Part shown: positions 46,815-56,526 of the stretch, piece after piece
Layout of the letters: the number at the start of each line of letters is the position of its first letter
How positions within the stretch are numbered: the stretch's first letter is position 1
From: Candidatus Pacearchaeota archaeon
GTDB lineage: Archaea > Nanobdellota > Nanobdellia > UBA10117 > JABICX01
Assembly: GCA_017608025.1 (NCBI GenBank)
Contig: JAFCGM010000004.1
Location: 90,744 to 154,743 of the forward strand
Length of the DNA: 64,000 bases
Direction: 5' to 3'
The notes under the pieces: model-generated
The model's database searches: none
What the model saw: the letters and a program-made list of their open reading frames with translations, nothing else
What the model was told of the DNA's origin: nothing
Program-made: the position numbers and the translations under genes

Positions 46815-48888
46815 ATTTCTTGATTGTCTTTTTCTTTGATTTTAATTTAGTGTATTCTTCTTTTGTTTTGCAGTTTGGATTTGGGCACAAAAACCATGGC
46901 TTTCTTCCTGAAGAGAATATCGCAATCTTCCTTGCACCACATTCTTTGCAGTTATTGTCAAGAAAAACTAGTTTTCCCTTTTGAGGCAGAGGCCAGCAGT
47001 TCATGCATTTTGGATATGCATTGCAAGCCAAAAACCGTTTTTTTGTCTTTTTGGAAAACCTAATAACCATTTTTCCTTTATTGCATTTTAAACAAGTCAT
47101 AAGCTCTGTTTCTGCTTTTCTAACATCCTTAAATGCCTCAAACAATTCATGACCTAATTTTAATTCATGCTTTGATATATCTTTGTAAATTTCCGTAACA
47201 ATTTTTTTAGCTTGCTCAAGCACTTTCTCGGGTTTGCTTTTTTTCTCCCTAATTTTATCCATTTGAATTTCAAAATCTCTTGTCAAATTCTCATCAAGAA
47301 CTGTTGGAGCATATTTTTTAAGTAATGAAAAAACTTTTAATCCAAGTTCTGTAACTTCAATCTCTCTTCCCACAATATATTTTCTGTCAAAAAGAATATC
47401 AACAATTGAAGACCTTGTCGCTTTTGTTCCCAAATTTCTTTTTTCAAGTTCCCGCACAATTGAAGCTTGCGAATACCTCTTTGGTGGTTGTGTCTCCTTA
47501 TTCTCAACAAAAGGTTTTTGTGAAAATTCCTCTCCTTTTTCAACTTTTGGAACCTCGCCTTCTTTTCTTTTTGAATATGGTAAATACCATTTCATCCATC
47601 CAAGTTTGGTTGTTCTTGTTGCTGAAGCAGAAAAATCCATGCCGTTTATGTCAAAAACAATTTTAGCAGTTGTTCTCTCTCCTGCTTCTCCAAAAACAGC
47701 AAAAAATCTCTTAACAATCAAATCATAAAGTTTTGCATCATCTTTATTAAGCGATTTCGGCGCATGCCCTGTGGGATATATTGCTGGGTGAGCAGAGTCT
47801 TCTTTCTTTCCTTGGTTAGGTTTAAGCTCTGTCTTTAAAACTTCCTTAACAATGTCAAAATATTTGCTTTGCTTTGCCAGATTTTGAAGAATTTTTTTAA
47901 ATCCGAGCTTATATGGAAGCTTCTGGCTGCTTGTTCTTGGATATGAAATATATGCTTTTGTGTAAAGATTTTGAGCAATCTGCAAGGTTTTTTTCGGACT
48001 GAATCCAAAAACACGATATGCTTCAAGCTGAAGAGACGTTAAATCAAAAGGAAGCGGCGGCAATACTTTCTTTGGAATATCTTTTGTATCAGAAACAACT
48101 GCTTTTTTTCTTTTTGCCTTCTCAAAAAGATTTTGGGCTTTTTCCTTATCTCGCAGCTCGTTTCCAGAATATTCTGCTTCAAGCTCATCATTTTTTATTT
48201 TTATTATTGACTTCAAAAGCCAAAATGGCTCTGGCTTGAATTTCTTTATTTCCTGCTCTCTTTCTGACAACAAAGCAAGAGCAGGACCCTGAACTCTACC
48301 AATGCTCAAAACAACTCTTTTGTTTTCAGCGCTTGCAACTGCCTTGCTCAGTGCTTGTGAAAGATTCACACCATAATACCAGTCAAGATAATGCCTTGTT
48401 TCTCCTGCATTTGCTTGCCCCCAGTCAAGAGACTTGCTGCGATTTTTATAAGCTTCAACTAAATCAAAAACAGTAAGTGTTGAGAATTTCATTCTTGAAG
48501 CATCTTTTTTTCCAAAAATATATTTCATAACATTAAGTCCAATTACTTCTCCCTCAATATCATAATCTGTAGCAATAACTAATGAATCCGCTTTTTTTGA
48601 TATTTTCTCAAGAGCGCTAAAATATTTTTTTGAAAATTTGTCTGAAGAAGACATATATGTTGGCTTCCAATCCAAATCAAAGCAAGGATATTCTGCCCCG
48701 CGCTTTTTTGCCAAAGTAAACAAATGACCTACAGCATTTGCTACAATTAAGTCCTGTTTTGAATTTGTATAATAATAAACAGAACCGATTTTTTTCCGAA
48801 TTTTTGCACCAAGAGCATATGCAATTTTGCTTGCAGCACTTGGCTTTTCAGCAAGCACAACCTGCGCCATTACTTGCCTAACAATCAC
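46801..48888 (-). CDS. topA: DNA topoisomerase I (type IA, archaeal Topo III-like) with C-terminal zinc ribbons.
   Basis: Toprim N-terminus VVLAEKPSAASKIA, ~695 aa. C-terminal CxxC...CxxC fingers (CLKCNKGKM..., CKECGARK..., CPNPNC). Confidence 0.85.
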   Translation of the reverse strand: MIVRQVMAQVVLAEKPSAASKIAYALGAKIRKKIGSVYYYTNSKQDLIVANAVGHLFTLAKKRGAEYPCFDLDWKPTYMSSSDKFSKKYFSALEKISKKADSLVIATDYDIEGEVIGLNVMKYIFGKKDASRMKFSTLTVFDLVEAYKNRSKSLDWGQANAGETRHYLDWYYGVNLSQALSKAVASAENKRVVLSIGRVQGPALALLSEREQEIKKFKPEPFWLLKSIIKIKNDELEAEYSGNELRDKEKAQNLFEKAKRKKAVVSDTKDIPKKVLPPLPFDLTSLQLEAYRVFGFSPKKTLQIAQNLYTKAYISYPRTSSQKLPYKLGFKKILQNLAKQSKYFDIVKEVLKTELKPNQGKKEDSAHPAIYPTGHAPKSLNKDDAKLYDLIVKRFFAVFGEAGERTTAKIVFDINGMDFSASATRTTKLGWMKWYLPYSKRKEGEVPKVEKGEEFSQKPFVENKETQPPKRYSQASIVRELEKRNLGTKATRSSIVDILFDRKYIVGREIEVTELGLKVFSLLKKYAPTVLDENLTRDFEIQMDKIREKKSKPEKVLEQAKKIVTEIYKDISKHELKLGHELFEAFKDVRKAETELMTCLKCNKGKMVIRFSKKTKKRFLACNAYPKCMNCWPLPQKGKLVFLDNNCKECGARKIAIFSSGRKPWFLCPNPNCKTKEEYTKLKSKKKTIKKSKKD

Positions 48889-49053
48889 AACATTTAAAAT
48901 AGTTTTGAAAAGGAATTACGGAAATCCATTAAAAACAGTTTACTAGACTAAATATCAAAACTAATCTTTTTTGATTCAAAATGCTTTAGTAACTCTACAT
49001 CTTTGTCTTCAAAAAAGTTGTTAAGCAGAACAAAATGTTTTTGAAAAAGGCAG

Positions 49054-49656
49054 TTATACTTCAACAATCACACCATCTTTTCCAGCACAGATAAGTCTTG
49101 TGTCTCCAACTTTATCTTCAATTCCATGCCCTTCATGAATGTGGGAAAAAATCGCAACATCAGGCTTAAACTTATCAATGGCTTCTTTAACTGCCTTGCT
49201 CCCTTCAAATCCAGATATTTTCTCAACCAAAGATTTTGAAGGATGCACATGCGTTATCATTATTTTGCTTTTCTTTTTCTTTATTTTATCAAAACTTTTT
49301 GAAAGCATGCTAAGCATTTCTTTCTCAGCGTTCATTGTTACTGGTCCAATGTTTGCTCCGCCAGCTCCAAACAATCCCACTTCTCCAAAATCAGCATAAT
49401 ATCCATTTAATGAAAAAACACCATAATTCTCAATTGCAAATTTAATTGTTGAAAGAGATTCATGATTTCCTGGAATAATAAAAATCTTCTTGCCTGCTTG
49501 CTTCAATTTCTTGAAACTACCTTTTGAAAGATAGTCAAAATTTGTAAAATCACCAGAAAGCACAATAGCATCAACATTTTCCTTTTCTGCTTTTTCAGCA
49601 AGACGCTCAATCGCCCTTAAATCAGAATGAACGTCTCCTGCTACTAAGAATTTCAT
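49054..49656 (-). CDS. Metallophosphoesterase (calcineurin-like, YfcE/MJ0936 family).
   Basis: GDVHSD, GDFTN, GNHE, HVHP motifs. Confidence 0.75.
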   Translation of the reverse strand: MKFLVAGDVHSDLRAIERLAEKAEKENVDAIVLSGDFTNFDYLSKGSFKKLKQAGKKIFIIPGNHESLSTIKFAIENYGVFSLNGYYADFGEVGLFGAGGANIGPVTMNAEKEMLSMLSKSFDKIKKKKSKIMITHVHPSKSLVEKISGFEGSKAVKEAIDKFKPDVAIFSHIHEGHGIEDKVGDTRLICAGKDGVIVEV

Positions 49657-49994
49657 TATAAAAATGCATCCAAAGAGAAGTCCTCTGCATTTACTTCTTC
49701 CGTATTGCTTTTTAAAAAAGAATACTCTTCAATCATTGCATTAATTTGCTCTTCTAAAAAACTATGCTCTGAACTAATGCTTGCTCTTACTATTGTAGTA
49801 TTTGTATTTGAATCCCAATAAACACTCAAATGAGTGTCTGCAAAATCCCAATAATGCATTTGAGGAAGAACTTTGCTTTTAGTATAACAAATCATTGGAA
49901 GCATTCCTTTAATTCTTGACACTATTTTATCAATATATTCTGGAAGCTCTTCATCAATTTCTACCATTTTAAACCGCGATATAAAAAATAACAA
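49656..49994 (-). CDS. Hypothetical protein.
   Basis: ORF only. Confidence 0.3.
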   Translation of the reverse strand: MLFFISRFKMVEIDEELPEYIDKIVSRIKGMLPMICYTKSKVLPQMHYWDFADTHLSVYWDSNTNTTIVRASISSEHSFLEEQINAMIEEYSFLKSNTEEVNAEDFSLDAFL

Positions 49995-50012
49995 AAAATC
50001 CTTTTAAAAACA

Positions 50013-51296
50013 TTACTTTTTTGCTTTTATCTTCCGAAATCCAGTGTATTTCCACAAGCATCCAGGAATTTTAATGCTGCCGTCTTTTTGTTGATGATTT
50101 TCAAGCAATGCAGGCAAAGCTCGTGAAGTTGCAACCATTGTATTATTCAGCATGTGAACGTATTTTTTCTCATTCCTATCCAAATATCTTGTTTTTGTCT
50201 TAACTGCCTGGTAGCTTCTGCAGTTGCTGCATGAAGTGACTTCTCGATAAGCTCCTTTCTTATTGTTTTGTCCTGGAAACCATGCCTCAATATCATATTG
50301 TAAGCTTTGTTTATCTCCCAAATCACCTGAACAAATATTGACAACTTGAAAAGGAATTCCCAAATCTTTGAAAAATTTCTCAGTGATTTTCTGCAAAATG
50401 TTAAAAAATTTATCTGAATCTTTTGGTTCGCAAAGAACAACTTGTTCTGCCTTATTGAATTGATGCATCCTCATTGTTCCTTTGTCATCCTTGCCATGCG
50501 TTCCTGCCTCCATTCTAAAGCATGGGCTTATTCCTCCATACTTAATTGGCAAATCCTTTTTTTGTAGTGTCTCATTTGCATGCAAGTTAACCAAAGGTAG
50601 CTCAGAACTTCCAATTAAATACAAATCTTCATTTTCAACTTTGTAAATTGTATCTTCAAAATCACTTAAATTAACTGCATTACCAATATACTTTTTCTTC
50701 ATCATCAGTGGTGGCCAAACCATTTTAAAGCCATTTTTAACCAAAATCTCAATTGCATACATTTGCATTGCCCAATCAAGAACAACTGCCTCATTCTTAA
50801 AATAAACAAACCTCGCGCCAGAAACCTCAGCACCTTTGTCAAAGTCAAACAAGTCAAGAGTTTTTCCAAGTTCAATATGGTCTTTGTGCTTGAAGCGAAA
50901 TTTCTTTGCTTTTCCAACTTTCTTTAAAACAACATTATCTCGCGCATCTTTGCCTTTTGGAACTGAATTGTCAAGCAAGTTTCCAACTTTTCTTCTATAA
51001 AAATCTCTTAGTTTCAGAAAATCATCTGACTCTTTCTGAGCATCATTTATTCTTGCAGAAACTTTCCGCATTTCTTGAATCTGCAATTCAGCCTTTTTTC
51101 CCTGGCTTCGAAGCTTTGCAACTTCCTTGTTCAGCTCGTTTCTCCTAGCCCTAAGCTCCTCAACTTCCTTTAATGAATTTCTCCACTTTTTATCATACAA
51201 AGCAACATTTCTTGCATTTGAAATAGGCTTTCCCCGTTTCCTTTCGCTTTCTTCAACTTCTTTAAGATGCTCTCTAAAATATCTTATTTCCAGCAT
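50013..51296 (-). CDS. serS: Seryl-tRNA synthetase.
   Basis: N-terminal coiled-coil arm and class II core. 427 aa. Confidence 0.9.
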   Translation of the reverse strand: MLEIRYFREHLKEVEESERKRGKPISNARNVALYDKKWRNSLKEVEELRARRNELNKEVAKLRSQGKKAELQIQEMRKVSARINDAQKESDDFLKLRDFYRRKVGNLLDNSVPKGKDARDNVVLKKVGKAKKFRFKHKDHIELGKTLDLFDFDKGAEVSGARFVYFKNEAVVLDWAMQMYAIEILVKNGFKMVWPPLMMKKKYIGNAVNLSDFEDTIYKVENEDLYLIGSSELPLVNLHANETLQKKDLPIKYGGISPCFRMEAGTHGKDDKGTMRMHQFNKAEQVVLCEPKDSDKFFNILQKITEKFFKDLGIPFQVVNICSGDLGDKQSLQYDIEAWFPGQNNKKGAYREVTSCSNCRSYQAVKTKTRYLDRNEKKYVHMLNNTMVATSRALPALLENHQQKDGSIKIPGCLWKYTGFRKIKAKK

Positions 51297-51356
51297 AATT
51301 AAAAATACGCATACAGATTTAAAAAAGTATTTATCTGCAAAAATTTAATTATTAGC

Positions 51357-52373
51357 ATGCTGCTTATAGATGGCTCCAAAGGCGAAGGCGGAGGGCAAAT
51401 TCTCCGAACGGCTTTGTCTCTTAGTGCAATAACGGGCAAGCCATTTAAAATCAAAAACATCCGTACAAACCGCCCAGAAAAAGGGCTTCGCCCGCAACAT
51501 CTTTCATGCATAAATGCTTGCGCAGAAATCTGCAATGCAGACGTAACTGGAGCAAAAATTGGCTCAAAAGAGCTTTCTTTTTTCCCTAAAAAAATTCAGT
51601 CAAAAAAATATAACTTCAAATTTAACATTGGAACTGCTGGCTCAACACCTTTGCTTTTGCAAACAATAATTCCAATCCTTGCCTTTTCCCCTTCAGTTTC
51701 AAAAGTGGAAGTAACTGGTGGGACAGATATTCCTTTCTCTCCAACAATACACTATCTTCGCCACGTATTCTGCGACTTTCTTCAAAGAATAGGTCTTAAC
51801 ACTCACTTGCACATTTTGTATCATGGTTTTTACCCAAAAGGACTAGGAAAAGTGAAAGTGATTATTTATCCATGGAAAAACAAATATCCTCTTAAAATAA
51901 AAAAAAGAGGAAAAGCAGAAAGAATCGACACAATAAGCATTGCCTCATTTAATTTAAAAAAAAGAGATGTTGCCAGACGGCAAACATATGGATTTGAACA
52001 GGAAATTAAAATAACTGGAGACTCAACAAATCAATATGTGCCTTCTGCTTCGCCAGGAACTTCTTTTCACGCTCATGCTCATTTTGAAAACACAAAACTC
52101 GGCTCTTGCGAAGTTGGAAGAAAAAACATTTCTGCAGAGCAGGTTGGAAGAAACGCAGGCCTTAAACTATTAAAAGAAATAAAATCTTCAGCAACTATTG
52201 ACAAAAGAATGGCTGACCAAATTCTATTGTATCTTGCTTTCAGCGGAGGAGAATTTATAATAAGCAAAAAAACAAACCATTTCATAACAAACAAGAAGAT
52301 TATTCAAAAGTTCTTAAATTGTAAAATAAGTGAAAAAAATAATATAATTAAAATTACACGTTATAATACATAA
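51357..52373 (+). CDS. rtcA: RNA 3'-terminal phosphate cyclase RtcA.
   Basis: N-terminus IDGSKGEGGGQILRTALSLSAITGKPFKIKNIR and overall RtcA architecture. 338 aa. No rtcB is adjacent. Confidence 0.85.
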   Translation: MLLIDGSKGEGGGQILRTALSLSAITGKPFKIKNIRTNRPEKGLRPQHLSCINACAEICNADVTGAKIGSKELSFFPKKIQSKKYNFKFNIGTAGSTPLLLQTIIPILAFSPSVSKVEVTGGTDIPFSPTIHYLRHVFCDFLQRIGLNTHLHILYHGFYPKGLGKVKVIIYPWKNKYPLKIKKRGKAERIDTISIASFNLKKRDVARRQTYGFEQEIKITGDSTNQYVPSASPGTSFHAHAHFENTKLGSCEVGRKNISAEQVGRNAGLKLLKEIKSSATIDKRMADQILLYLAFSGGEFIISKKTNHFITNKKIIQKFLNCKISEKNNIIKITRYNT

Positions 52374-52532
52374 AATTTATTTTTAAGCGACTTTTCATTC
52401 CCAATGTTTATCGCCAGAAGCAAACTTAATTTGCGCCTAAGCTATGCTTAGTAGGGATCTCTTCGCTAGAAAAACACAAACAAAGAAATCATTGAAAAAT
52501 TTCTTAATTGCAAAATCATTGAAAAAAACAAA

Positions 52533-52739
52533 TTAATTATAATCTTTCCTTCTAGAATTTAATTCCACATTTTTACCAATAAAAACAATGCCGTCCTTCA
52601 TCATCTGGTCCTTGCCTTCTTCAGCCATTATCAAAAGATATGCTGCATGCTCAAAAAAAGCGTCAAAATCCTTATACCTGCCTTCTTCAATAAACTTCTT
52701 AATCTTATCTTTTTTCTCTTTTGAAATTTTTATTTCCAT
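52533..52739 (-). CDS. Small ribbon-helix-helix (CopG/Arc-like) DNA-binding protein candidate.
   Basis: Beta-alpha-alpha pattern MEIKISKEKKDKIKKFIEEGRYKDFDAFFEHAAYLLI. 68 aa. Confidence 0.4.
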   Translation of the reverse strand: MEIKISKEKKDKIKKFIEEGRYKDFDAFFEHAAYLLIMAEEGKDQMMKDGIVFIGKNVELNSRRKDYN

Positions 52740-52835
52740 TACTCCTCCATTGCACTGCGCGTAAACGTATGTGCAATCAAATTGCGAGCTTTTTCGAAAG
52801 CTCTGAAATTTTTATTTCCGTTTTATTCCTGCTCC
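52740..52835 (+). repeat. Direct duplication of the RHH gene 5' end (gaaatttttatttcc[a/g]tt...tcctcc) at 52722-52750 and 52803-52835.
   Basis: Read directly. The second copy lacks the start codon. Confidence 0.5.
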
Positions 52836-52993
52836 TTATCAACAAGAACAATAACTCGTTTTCCAATTAATTTTTTCGGAAGTGTGATTTTTCCAGATGA
52901 AGCATTGTTTTTAATAACATATCTTGTTAAAATTTGGTTAAAGTTTATTGGCTTCAACTTAACACTTCCCCGAACTTTCGCATTAATTCCCAT
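52823..52993 (-). CDS. 56-aa AbrB/MazE/SpoVT-like swapped-hairpin DNA-binding protein. Not in the supplied ORF track because it is under 60 aa.
   Basis: Translation MGINAKVRGSVKLKPINFNQILTRYVIKNNASSGKITLPKKLIGKRVIVLVDKEQE. The GKITLPKKL..GKRV motif resembles the AbrB swapped hairpin. ATG at 52991-52993 (rc), TAA at 52823-52825 (rc). Confidence 0.35.
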   Translation of the reverse strand: MGINAKVRGSVKLKPINFNQILTRYVIKNNASSGKITLPKKLIGKRVIVLVDKEQE

Positions 52994-53359
52994 TAAATTA
53001 ATTCCTCATCTTTCTAATTTGTTTCTTTGGGCAACTTGCACTTTCTTTTCTAAAGAAAGGGCAGAGCATTAATTCCCATTAAATTAATTCCTCGTCTCTC
53101 TAATTTGTTTCTTTGGGCAACTTGCACTTTCTTTTCTAAAGAAAGGGCAGAGCATAACTTTTATAGTCTAATTAAAGACTACAATATTTAAAAACCTTAT
53201 GTGCATCCTTGCTCTACACGATCATATTCGTCATTTTCCGCAAGCGCTTTTTCCAAAAGGGCTCCATGAGTCCCTTGGCTAGAAGGACTATAACCAGAAT
53301 TAAACCGTTGTGTGAAGCTCTGCTTTACACGACCAGCCTGTGTCCCTTGGCTAGAAGGA
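52979..53359 (+). repeat. Two tandem 87-bp units (52979-53065 and 53066-53152), each beginning with a copy of the AbrB-like gene start. These are followed by a ~120-bp GC-richer family element (53235-53359) carrying two gtcccttggctagaaggacta hairpin motifs.
   Basis: Tandem units are near-identical. The 53235-53292 segment is ~90% identical to 3041-3100. Confidence 0.6.
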
Positions 53360-55201
53360 CTATTTAATCTTCTTTAAAATAGCGTGATTTCCCTTCCAGT
53401 TAATTGCTTCTTTAAGAACATCCTTAAGCGTGGTTGCAGGAATAATTTTTATTTTGTTTTTCAAATTAGAACTTAAAATAATATCTTTTTCATTTGCAGC
53501 GGGAACAATAACTTTCTTCATTCCTGCCTCAATAGCAGCCTCAACTTTTTGAGTTACACCACCAACAGGAAGAACATCTCCTCTAACAGACAAACTTCCA
53601 GTCATTGCTACTTCCTGATTTATTGGCAAGTTCTTTATTGCAGAAATAATGCATGTTGCAACAGATATGCTCGCACTATCACCTTCAACACCTTCATATG
53701 TTTGGAGAAATTGAACATAAACATCATATTTCTTCAAATCTTCATTAAACCATTTCTTAACAATTGCAGAAACATTTGTAATTGCTTCTTTTGCAATTTT
53801 TCCAAGTTGGCCTGTAGCAACAATTTTCCTGTCTTTTTTTGATTCAGATGGAACTACTTCTCCATCAATTGGCAAAACAATTCCTGAAAAATTGCCATTG
53901 CTTCCAATAACAGCAAGACCATTAACTCGCCCAACAAACTCTCCTTTTGACTTTATAACATTGTAAGCTTTCTTGTCATTAATAACTCTATCAGCAAGCT
54001 GCTGCTCCAAACCTCTAGAAAGCTTTCTTGCATCAATAACATCTTTCTCTGTAACAACTTTATGATCTCGTTCATTTGCTAAATCTCCTGCTGCTCTTAC
54101 AAGCCCTCCCAAATCTCTCAATCTTAAAGTTAGTTTTTTCTTTTTTCCAGACATTCTTCTTGCAACAGAAATAACTTCTTCAACTGCTTTTTTAGTGAAA
54201 TGCGGAATCTTGCCATCCTTAACAACTTCTTGTGCAACAAACCTTACCAGTTTGTCTCGGTTTTCTTTGTTATCTTCCATATAATCATTCATATAAATTT
54301 CATAACCATATCCCTTAAGCCGCGACCTTAAAGCAGGATGTATGTTTTTAACAGTTTCAAGATTTCCTGCTGCAATTAAAACAAAATCACAAGGAACTTG
54401 TTTAGTTTTAACTAATGCTCCTGCGCTTCTCTCAGACTGGCCTGTAATTGAAAATTTCTTTTCCTGCATTGCAGTCAAAAGCTCTTGTTGAGACTTTGGC
54501 TCAAGTGTTGAAACTTCATCAATAAACAAAACTCCGCCATTTGCTTTATGAATCATTCCTGCTTCAACTCTCAAATGCGCTGGAGTTGCAAGCCCGCCAG
54601 ACTGAAAAGGGTCGTGTCTTACATCTCCAAGCAAAGCACCAGCTTTTGCTCCAGTAGCATCAACAAAAGGTGCTTTTTTTGCTCCAGAATTATTAACAAT
54701 AAGCTTTGGCTCAACAATTTTTTTATTTTTTTGCGGCATGCTAAGTGAAAGCATAATTATTCCAAAAAAAATAAACCCTCCAATTAAAGAAGCAGCAGCC
54801 ATCACATCTCCGTACTGGCTCCGAATAAACCAAGGAATCATCAATACAATAAATCCCAAAACCAAATAAAGCAGTTTCCTACTCTTCATAAAGCTCTGTG
54901 CTTTAATCTTTGCAGAGTTAACAAAAGAACTTCCCTGACCTGCTTTTACCTCACTAATTATTGGCTCATTTTCATCTTCTTCATTTGGAAAAACAAGTAT
55001 ATCTCTCAATAAGCTTTTTGGCAAAAGCTCTGAAAGCGCCTGCCCAATCATTGATTTTCCCGTCCCTGGAGTTCCAATAAGAAAAACATGACGTCTTTGC
55101 TTCGCTGCCTTCTTAATTATGTTTACAGCTTCATCCTGCCCAATAATCTGGTCAACAATTTTGCTCGGGACTTTAATTTCTTTAGTGGTTTTGAATTTCA
55201 T
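53360..55201 (-). CDS. lonB: Archaeal membrane-bound Lon protease (LonB).
   Basis: AAA+ Walker A GTPGTGKSM with two TM helices inserted in the ATPase domain. C-terminal Lon protease domain with catalytic Ser (VGGVTQK...). 613 aa. Confidence 0.9.
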   Translation of the reverse strand: MKFKTTKEIKVPSKIVDQIIGQDEAVNIIKKAAKQRRHVFLIGTPGTGKSMIGQALSELLPKSLLRDILVFPNEEDENEPIISEVKAGQGSSFVNSAKIKAQSFMKSRKLLYLVLGFIVLMIPWFIRSQYGDVMAAASLIGGFIFFGIIMLSLSMPQKNKKIVEPKLIVNNSGAKKAPFVDATGAKAGALLGDVRHDPFQSGGLATPAHLRVEAGMIHKANGGVLFIDEVSTLEPKSQQELLTAMQEKKFSITGQSERSAGALVKTKQVPCDFVLIAAGNLETVKNIHPALRSRLKGYGYEIYMNDYMEDNKENRDKLVRFVAQEVVKDGKIPHFTKKAVEEVISVARRMSGKKKKLTLRLRDLGGLVRAAGDLANERDHKVVTEKDVIDARKLSRGLEQQLADRVINDKKAYNVIKSKGEFVGRVNGLAVIGSNGNFSGIVLPIDGEVVPSESKKDRKIVATGQLGKIAKEAITNVSAIVKKWFNEDLKKYDVYVQFLQTYEGVEGDSASISVATCIISAIKNLPINQEVAMTGSLSVRGDVLPVGGVTQKVEAAIEAGMKKVIVPAANEKDIILSSNLKNKIKIIPATTLKDVLKEAINWKGNHAILKKIK

Positions 55202-55261
55202 TTTGCCAAATAATATAAATACAATAATTAATAAAACTTATATTGTTTTTGTGTAGAAAAA

Positions 55262-55531
55262 TCACTCTGTTGTAGTATCTGTAATGTTTGCTGTAGCGTT
55301 TTCAATTATCATTATTTGACCAATTGCCCGTACAAGTTGGTGTGGAATTTGAACTCCCTTTGCAGAAGGAAGTGATTTTTTAAGAAGAGAATTGCTATTT
55401 GTGGTTCTTACTCTCCATCCAACAACCTTGTTTGTTGAAACAATAGCATCCTCTATTTCGCCGAAAAATTCGCCATCAATAGTATAAACTCTCAAACCAT
55501 TAACTTCACTAATATTTTTAAGATTTAACAT
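55262..55531 (-). CDS. PRC-barrel domain protein.
   Basis: LRVYTIDGEFFGEIEDAIVSTNKVVGWRV pattern. 89 aa. Confidence 0.55.
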   Translation of the reverse strand: MLNLKNISEVNGLRVYTIDGEFFGEIEDAIVSTNKVVGWRVRTTNSNSLLKKSLPSAKGVQIPHQLVRAIGQIMIIENATANITDTTTE

Positions 55532-55581
55532 TAAGCATCACCGTCTTAAAAAATACACATCATACTACAATAAAAAGATTT

Positions 55582-55770
55582 CTAAAATATAACGTATGCT
55601 TCTTAAATTATATTTCTTTTAGTGCAGGTTTTCTTTGTAAAAGAAAAAGTGCAAAGGTCTCTAAAATATAACGTATGCTTCTTAAATTATATTTTTTTCT
55701 TTGTAAAAGAAAAAGTGCAAAGGTCTCTAAAATATAACGTATGCTTCTTAAATTATATTTCTTTTAATAC
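55582..55770 (+). repeat. Three tandem direct repeats (79, 66 and a partial ~45 bp) upstream of the TraB-family gene.
   Basis: Unit ctaaaatataacgtatgcttcttaaattatattt(c)tttt...ctttgtaaaagaaaaagtgcaaaggtct. Units begin at 55582, 55661 and 55727. Confidence 0.7.
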
Positions 55771-55828
55771 AGAAGTGAACTTTTGTTTTAATTTGCGACT
55801 GAATTTAGTTCAGGTTTTCTCAAAAACA

Positions 55829-55836
55829 TTTATAAG
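55829..55836 (+). promoter_or_regulatory. Candidate TATA box (TTTATAAG) 22-29 nt upstream of the TraB-family gene start.
   Basis: AT-rich box at the archaeal promoter distance. Confidence 0.3.
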
Positions 55837-55857
55837 CCTAAAGCAAAAGTTCTTCTT

Positions 55858-56514
55858 ATGTCTCTCAAAATACTTGGCTCATCGCACATATCAGGAAAAT
55901 TCGCAAGCAAGGTTTATGACACAATAATCGTTGAAGAACCAGAAATTGTTGCAGTTGAATTAGACTTAGCTCGCGCCCGCGCTTTATTTTCAAAACAAAA
56001 ACAAAAAATTTCATTTAAAACAATAAGGAATTTCGGCCTTTTTGGGTTCTTTTTTGCACTTATTGGATCTAAAATACAGAAATATTTAGGTAAAAAAGTT
56101 GGTTTTGAACCTGGAATTGACATGAAAAAGGCAATTATTGCAGCAAAAAAAGTAAATTCAAAAATAATTCTCATTGACCAGCCAATGAGTAAAACACTTC
56201 AAAAACTTTCCAAAATTAGTTTTAAAGAAAAAGTAAAACTTTTCTTTTATTTAATTTGGCCATTTCAAAAAAAAGCTAAAATGTCTTTTGATTTGTCTTC
56301 TGTGCCAAATGAAAAAACAATTAATAAAATAATAAAAGATTTTAAAGAAAAATTTCCTGGAATTTATTCGGTGCTTATTAAAGAAAGAAATGATTTTATT
56401 GCAAAAAACTTAATTGATTTAAAAAGAAAATTTGAAAATTTAAACATTGTAGCTGTTTTGGGAGCAGGACATGTTTCTGAAGTAAAAAAATTAATTAAAA
56501 ATTTTGAAGAATAA
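55858..56514 (+). CDS. TraB/PrgY-family protein (Tiki/TraB fold).
   Basis: N-terminus ILGSSHISGKFASKV, GHVSEV near the C-terminus. 218 aa. Confidence 0.6.
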   Translation: MSLKILGSSHISGKFASKVYDTIIVEEPEIVAVELDLARARALFSKQKQKISFKTIRNFGLFGFFFALIGSKIQKYLGKKVGFEPGIDMKKAIIAAKKVNSKIILIDQPMSKTLQKLSKISFKEKVKLFFYLIWPFQKKAKMSFDLSSVPNEKTINKIIKDFKEKFPGIYSVLIKERNDFIAKNLIDLKRKFENLNIVAVLGAGHVSEVKKLIKNFEE

Positions 56515-56526
56515 TTAAAAATATTT

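Noticed and set aside
52782-53072. 96-aa plus-strand ORF in the ORF track.
   Set aside because: It overlaps the more plausible 56-aa AbrB-like minus-strand ORF and the 87-bp tandem repeats. Composition is hydrophobic and low-complexity with no motif.
55622-55927. 101-aa plus-strand ORF with a duplicated peptide (FVKEKVQRSLKYNVCFLNYI twice).
   Set aside because: It is the translation of the three tandem repeats upstream of the TraB-family gene and overlaps the true gene start at 55858.
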